From Trichoplax adhaerens (lineage: Eukaryota; Animalia; Placozoa), in assembly GCF_000150275.1 (NCBI RefSeq), contig NW_002060950.1, positions 3,057,346 to 3,121,345 on the forward strand: a DNA stretch of 64,000 bases, read 5' to 3'. Below, piece by piece: positions 54,606 to 64,000 of the stretch; the stretch's first letter is position 1, and every line of letters starts with the position of its first letter. The notes under the pieces were generated by a model. It was given only the letters and a program-made list of their open reading frames with translations. It was not told the origin of the DNA and did no database searches. A program made the position numbers and the translations under genes.

Positions 54606-57600
54606 CACCTGCGTATTTGGTTCTGCTAGGAATTGACCTTCCATGCTGTCCACGAGCAATGAATGAATTCTATCCAAGTGCTTTCAGGGTGGACTGATTC
54701 TACTTACACATAGTTTTAAATTGATGCAGAATGGATACATGTTATCAGGCCAAAATTGCAGTAGACAGATCAAGTCTACAGTCGTCCATCTTGACTCTTT
54801 CTTCCATTTTATAGGGGTCTTTACGATAGACTATCCAATGATCAATGGCTTAAATATGCAAACGATGATTCACAATTGCCTGTAATAGACTGCACTTTAG
54901 ATTCTCGATAGGACCTGATATCAGTTCTGCTAGGGATTGATGGCCCATCTGGCCAAGCAATATTCAAGACCCGTATAACAAACATGATAATTCGATTGAA
55001 ATATGCCTTCATATCAAACTGATTGGTTGGGATGATGGCCTACTCTTCAGCTACGACTTCAATAAGGGACTACTGAAGAAAGAGAGAGAAACCAGTAGCT
55101 CATGAAGCCGGCTCAATGTCTTCAGTAGACTACTAGATACAATAATCTCCTATATTCTACCTGTACTATATACTAATACGTGACTAACCTTACGATGACA
55201 TAAACGAATCGAACTGACAGGTTTATTCTAAGTAACAACTAAATCTGCTTTAGTTCGTTATATTACAATTTCCTAATTAGCTTTACATTGTTCTACACAT
55301 CATACAAGATTGATTACTTGACTCAAGCAGTATTACGAACCGCATATAAAGCAATTATGTAGACCGAAAAGCAGAAAAATAACTACAGAAGAAAAAGCAT
55401 CTACAATATTTGGCCCAGTGGTTGTCCGTAATTTGCAGCGCAAGAGTACGCATGCAATGACACACTCAGGCTAGAATAACAAGTCTCCGCCATAGTATTT
55501 CAATGAATAGTTCCTGAGCGACTAAAAAATAAAATAATATTTAATAATAATTATAATAAAAAATAATTAAAATAACATTTAACTGACAAATATGGACAGT
55601 AAATGAACTCATAGTAACTTCAGAACAATGAAATTGAACTGATTATTGATACTGTTGATAGCAAGCTATTATACTTCCAAAATTGTGTCAATAAATATTT
55701 CATATCATTGATATATTGCATAATTTCACATTACTGCACTTATATACGGTATTTTGTTTACTGCTGTTATAGAAGGCAAAGCTTATTCAGCGTAGTATAA
55801 ATAGATTGATATCGCTAAAATTGTTTTTTTGCATTGATTTTTAGAGAAAAGGCATTAAAATCTGCGATTATGTATTATTAGGCAATGAACTCATCACTCA
55901 CTATACAGTATATAGCTCCGGTCTGCACTAATGTTCTGTGTTACTCTAACTGGACAAAAACAGTAAACGGTAAGCGCTTACAGTGCTTATTCCTACTTCT
56001 ATTCTTATAGAATAGCGTACGCGTATGCAAAACTTGATTCTCCTGCTATCATCGAGCAGACGAGTGCTTCTTTCATATGGAAACCAATAAAAATCAATAT
56101 TGCAATCTGTATCCATGCTTATTGCACTGATTTACGAACAGTTACCGTTGTTTTATTGTAAATAACTCCGATTCACAATTCTTGTTGAATTTATTCAATC
56201 ATATTGTTTTTTTACATTTGGAGAAACATCTTCTACGATACCATAACAAATCATTGATCGACGACACTTAAAGTTAATGTGATTTGATAGGCCATATATA
56301 GTTCTCATCCTCTTTAAAGTAAATAAGCTATTTTATTTCGTCAATCAATTTACGGTATCATCATAAAAGTAGAATAGCCAATGAGCCGTAGCGTTTTTTT
56401 ATTTCATTGTAAAATTGTACAATCTACGATATAAATGTACTGATATAGAAATATCTTCTCAAGATTGAAAGTCTACTTATAAGGCAGAATAATAGACGTT
56501 CTACTAGTAGTACTACAGCATCGCGCTGAATGTCTAAGTAGCGTTCTAATAAAATGAATGATACGCTTATACACAGATTAGCGCTAATTTTAATGGTATG
56601 AGGGAACTAAAATGGTTTAAGGCAAGTAATAAGTTTACATGTACTGTATTAAGTTAACATGATGCCACACTTTAATTTTTTAAATATTCATGTCTTGCAT
56701 TTAATCACCCACTGATGATTTACTTAATATACAACATTTAGAATGTATCATTATTCCTTTCTTTAGTTTTACAAGTCTTCACTTCTTGAACTCAATCATT
56801 CAGCCATGCCTTAATTAAATACCACATTTACTTTAAACCTATCTCGAGAGCCGATAAAATAATTTATAACCGTGCAGCTTTTATAGATAGAGATAACATG
56901 TACACAAAAACCTACTATTATTTAATTTGTTGATATTGTCTATCTGTAGTATAAATATCATGAATCAATTTGAGTGATCCTCATTTGCATTATCATTATT
57001 GCTGTGGATATTTTTTCCATCTCAATTGGGCGGTAATACCAAGTTTATCAAAATATCGGTTGCTGTATCATAAAATTACTATGACAATTGAATAATATTG
57101 ATAAATATGACAGAGAAATCAAGCAGTTTAAAATTCTTTAAAGTTATCGATGCTACAGCATATACACTTTATTACCATCTACATCATTCAAATCGGTCTT
57201 CATATCATTTAACCTATAGTTTAACTTATAATATTTCTTTTATTTATTGATTCATCTACGTAAGGACAAGGGTCAGCTAGTGGGCCTAATTGAGACTGTA
57301 ACTTTGTATTCAATTCACTATGACAATTGCAAATGTATATCGATTATTTTATATATATAATTCTTCCTACCACTAAAAAATTAGGATTACTCTTTATAAA
57401 ATGAATCAACTAGGCTTTTCTTATTTGTAATTATCAGATGAATTTTGCATTGAGTTCCTTGGCTGATTCTTGTCTAAATTAGGTATATTCTATTTTCTAC
57501 TTTGATTGCAAGCAGATTGTTATACAAGGATTTAACAATTACACTATCCGAAAATTTGCAGTTGTATAAAACAAACTAGAAATATACGACAGCCTTAATA

Positions 57601-58623
57601 AAAAGCAGTAGAAAACATACTGAGAGCCAAATTTGGACCATTATGTCATAAAGTTGATTTGTAGAATATAGTTTTTGATCAACCTTAAGTATCAGTTTTG
57701 TAGAGTTGGCACTTGTTCGCTACAGCCTAGCTATTATTAACAAGAGAATTGCATCATAAATCATAAACTATTAATTGATAAACAACAAAATCTTAAACCT
57801 ATGCATATCAAATAATGATAGTATCTAATAATTCAAAAACAAGACTTTTCAATATACTGCATAACTTGCTTTTAAATACTATTCGTGATTTACAATTAAA
57901 GCACGTTAATTAATTACTACTACATTAATGTATTAAATGAGGACGGAACTTTTATAGCCAATTTAAATAAGAATTAAATTTATGCTTGGATCAGGGTAAT
58001 GAAGATTGATGGATTTGAATGAAAGGCCTTATTAGGAACAACTCTTGCACGCAATAATTAACAGTAACTAAGCTACCTTCCATATCATTCATAGACAGCA
58101 ACTTCATCTGTATTCACAGCAATTACCTTATCAAATATAATCAATTCTGACCTATTTTAAGCATGCATTTACGTGTTATGTGCCATGGAATCCAACGAAG
58201 AATAATTTAATATCATCGTAAACTCGATACACTAACTTAAACGTGCCCTTCACAAATCTTAGCCCTACATTTATTGTAAAGTTTTAAGACATTGCATTCT
58301 TTGCAAGTTAAATATTACCTCTATCCATTTAATTATATATACGCGCATATATTATCAAATGGAAAATTAACTTGAAATTAATCAAATTTTAAATGACAGT
58401 AACAATAATTATACGTCATTGTCAGAGAAAGTGCTTCTTAACAATTATTATCATCGACATTGACAGCTACAGTGCAAAATGAAAATCAATAAAAGTATTG
58501 AAAACAACATAGGCCTTAATACCTTATAAAGACTCTTTTCTCTGATTTTATGTTCATTACTCGAATAAAGCTTTCGGCAACTTCACCTTCGTACCATCAT
58601 TTCCCTGATTTTTATTTAGGAGG

Positions 58624-59688
58624 ATGAATAGTCTAAATGTTACTAATACATCCACCAATAACACTATTAACCGTCTAAGTACATCAGCAGAATTACTTGC
58701 TAGATTAGGAGCGATAACTTTGGTAATAATTGGCGCTGGTATCATCCTGAACATTATTTTAATTATTGGCACCCATTTTAAGAAATCATTACGTAAAAAA
58801 ACATATTATTTTATGGCTAATCTTGCTGGCTGTGATCTACTTTTTTCTCTGTCAATTATATCTACCGTAATTACTGCAATTAATACAAGCAGAGCTCCAA
58901 TACCATCGCATATTCACACAATCCTATGTAAAGTCTGTATCGTCTTCCCTGCCTATTGGTCTTATACAGCCTCTGTGCAAACGTTAGTTATAATTAGTCT
59001 CGAGCGCTATAGAGCTATCTTTCGGCCTACTAAAAAAATAACCCCTAAAAAATGTAAAATGTTATGCGCTTTAGCCTGGATTATTTCATTATTTATTTCA
59101 CTTCCATTCCTATTCACTGCTAGGTCTATTGAAAACCAATGCCTTCCTTTTCCAATTTATTCTCACTGGGTCATTATTGTCAACTTCATCTTGATTATAT
59201 TTCAATTTGTTATTCCAACCATAGTAATGATTACTGCTTATACTTTGATATTGCATCAGCTTACCACGAAAACGACTGCGATTGGACAGGAATCCACTAA
59301 TAGTAGAAATCTTAAGCGTAAAACCGTTTATATGTTGCTAGTAACAACTATTACATTTTTATTATGCGCTCTGCCTTGGACCTTAACATTACTTTTCGAA
59401 GCTACTACAGGCAAGTTTGCACCTGAGTTACTGCTACATGATAATAAAACCAATCCAGCAATGAAAATGATCGTTACATTTAGTAGGATAACTTTATCGA
59501 TATCAACCGTCTACAATCCAATAATTTATTGTATATTCAATCGTGAAATCCGATCACTATTTTTTCCATGCTATTATCGACGCAAAAATAACGCAGTAAC
59601 TACAACTAAAGTTTCTTTCGCTCCAGAAAAAAGCAACTCTTACCAGACAATCTCAGTAAAACCGGTGATAAACCCAATGAAAGCCTGA
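58624..59688 (+). CDS. Single-exon class A (rhodopsin-family) GPCR, orphan, peptide-receptor-like
   Basis: 354 aa with seven hydrophobic segments and N-terminal NxT sequons. TM1 GIILN, TM2 NLAGCD, TM3 CK..SLERYRAI, TM4 W..SLP, TM5 FVIP, TM6 FLLCALP, TM7 NPIIY, helix 8 NREIR. Confidence 0.95.
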   Translation: MNSLNVTNTSTNNTINRLSTSAELLARLGAITLVIIGAGIILNIILIIGTHFKKSLRKKTYYFMANLAGCDLLFSLSIISTVITAINTSRAPIPSHIHTILCKVCIVFPAYWSYTASVQTLVIISLERYRAIFRPTKKITPKKCKMLCALAWIISLFISLPFLFTARSIENQCLPFPIYSHWVIIVNFILIIFQFVIPTIVMITAYTLILHQLTTKTTAIGQESTNSRNLKRKTVYMLLVTTITFLLCALPWTLTLLFEATTGKFAPELLLHDNKTNPAMKMIVTFSRITLSISTVYNPIIYCIFNREIRSLFFPCYYRRKNNAVTTTKVSFAPEKSNSYQTISVKPVINPMKA

Positions 59689-62480
59689 TCTAGTATAACT
59701 TTAATTTTAACTATTTAAAATGATCAAATTGGAATTAAAACCTAAGAATGTTTACTGTCAAAATGAAAAAATGTTAATAATTAAATTACGATAATTATAA
59801 CTTTTTATAGGAATATTACTCATTCAATGTAACAGCATTAAAATAAGTTTATTGATCTAAATTCTAAGTTTTATTAGCATTTTTCTAGTATATAAAACCC
59901 CAATAGATTTTTATTAATTAAATATAGAAAAAATTTAAACGTTTTTAAAAAAGTAATTACACCGATATCCTAAGATATTAACTTGTTACAATAATTTACA
60001 TTAATACCTTACGAAATTAAATTTTGTTAATTCGTATCAACTTTATGCCAATAAAATTATCCATCGGTAACGTACAGCAGATATATTGATATCAGGTAAT
60101 TTATTCAAAATAGCCAACCTTTATCATAATATGAACGACGCTACATATATAATTGCTCATATATTATGAAAGTCCAACCCATTTTTAATATAATTAAAGT
60201 AATTAATCTAAAATCCGGTGCAATGACGATAAATGCATTGCATAAAAGGATATGCAATTAGACTATTGTACTAAATGGTACGTAGAAAATTACAGTATAT
60301 TATAATTATTATTATTTTATATTTCTTATAGAATCTAAGTTATATCTTGCACTGATAAAAGACTTTGGATCCATTCGCTTGACTCGCAAAAAAATAAAAT
60401 CACGCGTTACCGAAATTAAAAGAAAAGTGCGCTATTCAATGGTTTTTCATTGTTAATACGTCAACGTACTCGTTCATTTTAATGCCATATCAAAATATTT
60501 TCGGTAATTAATTTAAACAATACGTACGCGAAATAGATACTTATACTTTTTAGTAGTTTCCGCCTTAAATTGTAATTGATCAGGAAGCAACTTATTATGT
60601 TAAATATTTAAATATTTTACTAATACAATATTTAGCGATTGTCAAGAAGTGAATATAAAGTTCTGAAATCAATATAACGAAATAATACAGTATCATGAAA
60701 ACGATTAATCATAAATTTGATTTTGCGTTAAAGTAAGATAAACTAGTTCAGTAACTTTATTGATATTGCAGAGGCAAGAAGAAATTGCATTTCTTCAAGA
60801 AAATATTCGCAAAGCACGGAGTTGCTTTTAGTTATCATAATACTGATTTTTCGTATTACGATACTAATTGTGACTTAAAGACCAATAACTGTTGCTAAGC
60901 TGGCACATTTTACCTTTACTTGTATCAGTATAGAAATTTTAAATGCTGGCATAGGAAACGCTATAATGACAATTAATATGATTTCGCGCAATTAATGTAA
61001 TTTCGTACAGCCTAATAAGTGGAACTTGTTTACTATCTATATAACTCGTTATATCAGAGCTTATCAAGTAAGATATGGCATTAATCGTAAGTTATACTCT
61101 TTTCCAACCAATGCAGCTAGATTGACTTTCATGATGTTACTTTTTGCAATCATTTATGATAATTATACGTCATATCGACTAGTACTAAGTGCGATAATAT
61201 TGACATACATTCATTCAAGATGGTTATTTAAGACAATACTATTGCACAGACTCCATACTACGCATATACTAAAATACAAATTGACACGAAGATGGTCTTA
61301 TAGCTGCTTACAATAGTTTAAATGAAGTCTAGTGTTCGTTTGATTGCATCTCCATTTTTATTATTTTCATCTTTATTTCTAGCCGTTATATTCCTTAGAT
61401 TTCTGCTAAGATTTAGCAGTAGCATAATCTTGCTGTACAAATCTGATAAGACAACAAACGAGAAATGCATTTGGTTCTAAAATAAAGTGAGTAACGTCAA
61501 GGATTACAAGTTTTGCCTTTAATTGCATTGTGAACAAATTAGATTAATTAGCTATTGTATAGCTACTTTTTGGTATTTCTGAATTTATCTTAGTTGAAAG
61601 ACATATAAATACGTATACGAACATATTAGGCAATTTAATGGAAACCTTGTTTAGATGATATAAAAGGCAGATAAGATTATTTAACTGATGAGAGTGAATT
61701 ACGAATATGATGTATATGGCATATACGACGCACTACTCATTATAGAATATCGCAGTAATTAATTGGTGTAACGTATACCAAACAAAATCGACACAAAATT
61801 GCAATAAGTTGTTACTCAAGGAATTTAACGTAACATAGTTTGAGATATAGATCGCCAACTATCATCAAGATAAGTAATAATGACTTACAGTAAGAACTAC
61901 GATAGTTATTATTTTGTTTCAGTAAATTATGCTTTATTGTAGTAAGAGTTCTTATAAGGTAATTAATATTAATTGATGTTAGTGTTATGTCTTGTAAAGC
62001 TAGTGATGAATATCCTGAAGATATTCAATTATAGATGATACTATAAATAATTCTGTGTGCGAACATACTGAAGTCTAATTATCTAGAATCGTTCAGTATA
62101 TGTCCAAAATTATGAATAATGTCCGTATTAATTTAGCTATCAGATATGAGCTAGATTTCATGAACTATTATAACTCATATATGATAGCTGCTGCCGAAAG
62201 GTATTTAAGCTCGGCAGATAGTTGAATAAAAGAAGAGTTATATAGTTGTTTTAAAGTAGAAACAAAGGCATCTAAATTCTTGTGAGTTAGTTAAGGGATA
62301 CTAAATTTCGGAGACTATAGTAATTTATAGACTTGTTTAACGTTTTCTTTGTCATGAAGCTGGTTTAAGACAGGCATGAATATTAAAAATTTAGAAGTTT
62401 GCTATTGACACATAAGGAACTTACCGCTATTCTTTCAAATAATTAAATTAGGAACACGTGTAACAACTAATAACGATCTT

Positions 62481-62530
62481 NNNNNNNNNNNNNNNNNNNN
62501 NNNNNNNNNNNNNNNNNNNNNNNNNNNNNN
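62481..62530. other. Assembly gap (50 N)
   Basis: Run of n characters. Confidence 1.
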
Positions 62531-63503
62531 TTTAGACTTTATTCACTATAACGATGCTGAGCATACATCACAAACTTTGCGAAAACTCTCTTCTAAATCG
62601 TGTTCAAGTATATATCAAGTTTGTCCTTACGGTTGCTTATCTGGCTTTAGTACTATATTAGTAACCATTAATGCCCGTGAAGAAAAATCGATCGCGATTC
62701 CGTTGTTAAGTCATGAAATGGATTTCACTCATGTTTATAGCTTAATAGATACTATAGAGATATTTATAGCTAATAATCTAGGTACGAGAACGTATCTAAA
62801 TTGTTTTAATTTTGTCATTGGATATAAAGATCGAAGTCGAGAATTCGCAAGCTGGATGCAAATTGTAATCGTCGATAAGCCTTTACAGTTTGGGTGGCAA
62901 ATTACTCAACACGTAGCAGTTAAAGAACTTGGTTTTAATGTAACTTATGTCGCTAAAGATAAATCTATCATTACTAAGATGGAATCAGAAATGGAAGAAC
63001 TTACAGATGCTTGGACGAGTCATAAGATGACTGAAGAAGATTATTTTGATTCAGTAGATCAAAATAGTTGGTCTGAGCTTGCGTTACAATTTTGGTCAGA
63101 ATATAACACAATTCTAGTAAAGCAAGGTCAAGATAAAACTGTGTATATATACGGGTTCGAGAACGATATACTGAATGCTGTTTCAAGTATTCATAAGCTA
63201 AGTAAAACTTACTTTGAAGAGAAAGCTCAGAATGAAGTAGAGAAAGTTACAGCTGAAACAGCTAAATGGTATGTAAAAGCTGAAGAATCTAAGACTTACT
63301 TTGAAGTGAAGCTAAACTACGAAATTGAAAAAAACTACAAGATTTATACTAAAGATAAGACCAAGAAGACTTTTGTAATCGATGCAGGAAATAAAACGAT
63401 CGATTTCGGCGAAATGAATCTGAAGTTTGTTGATGGAACAGAGTATCCTATAGGAAAATCGTCAATAACAGGTGTAGCAAAGTATTGATATCTCATCAGT
63501 AAT

Positions 63504-63538
<35 letters not shown>

Positions 63539-64000
63539 ACACTTATAGAATTTTTATAATTATTAGCTACTTTACTTGTATAATTAAAAATAGAATATAT
63601 AATTTCGAAAGATTTCGATTAAGTCTATTTCCAGAGAGAAATTCGAAACTAGAAATATATCTAATTTATCATAGTTTGATAGTTATCTTTATTTATTGCT
63701 TTACTTGTATAATTAATTAATTGAATTAAAGATCGAATATAAAGTATAGAAAGATTGTAGTCTAATCTTATGTATGAATTGGTAGCTAGTAGCTTATCAA
63801 ATTTATTATAAGTTACTAATTTATGAAGGAGTTAGTTATTCCTTACAGCGATCGTGATTTAATCTTATGATGGCATTATAATATATATGGCTTGCTGTTT
63901 ATTAGAATTGGCTATACCTACTAACTGGGAATACCAAAATCAAGAAGAGATCAAAGATGGCTACTTTCGCATAGCCGATGTTCAAATCAGGAGGAAATAA
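62531..64000 (+). CDS. PARP14-like paralog E, partial: second macrodomain, KH-like, WWE and start of the ART exon; possibly a frameshifted pseudogene
   Basis: Exon <62531-63471 is homologous to C and D (QVCPYG, SIAIPL, WQIT, IYGFENDI, AKWYV..LNYEIEKNY..IDFGEM..YPIGK). The next exon starts at 63906 (LAIPTNWEY..) and runs into TAA at 63998-64000. Confidence 0.8.
63507..63534. repeat. (AT)n microsatellite
   Basis: About 14 AT units just downstream of the donor of the large exon of paralog E. Confidence 0.9.

Noticed and set aside
54620-55130. Possible small plus-strand exons (GLYDRLSNDQWLKY.., DLISVLLGIDGPSG..) divergent from AP5B1
   Set aside because: Could not assemble a coherent gene or recognise homology; needs RNA-seq.
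61026-61316. 96-aa hydrophobic ORF
   Set aside because: No homology recognised; typical of a chance ORF in AT-rich DNA.

Overview
AT-rich, intron-containing animal genomic DNA, not prokaryotic. Compact GT-AG introns, an (ACAGT)n array and a single-exon GPCR suggest a placozoan such as Trichoplax; this is an inference. The window is dominated by a tandem + strand array of five diverged PARP14-family (macro-PARP) genes whose exons I could join by hand with consistent splice phases. A (<1-4678) and B (~8878-13837) are RRM-RRM-KH-like-macrodomain proteins that stop after the macrodomain, with no WWE or ART domain. C (16482-23357, ~1766 aa) lacks the RRM exons, has a long charged low-complexity N-terminus, and has H-R-T in place of the catalytic H-G-T. 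D (~31214-41090) is full length with an intact H-Y-I mono-ART site and a second, diverged, phase-compatible copy of its last catalytic exon at 44155-44411. E (62531->64000) follows an assembly gap and has an apparent frameshift. Between D and E lie an intron-rich AP5B1 gene (minus strand) and a class A GPCR. The most interesting system is this modular ADP-ribosylation array: catalytic-less forms, a probable pseudo-enzyme, and an enzyme with possibly swappable catalytic C-termini. Exon coordinates are manual predictions without transcript support.
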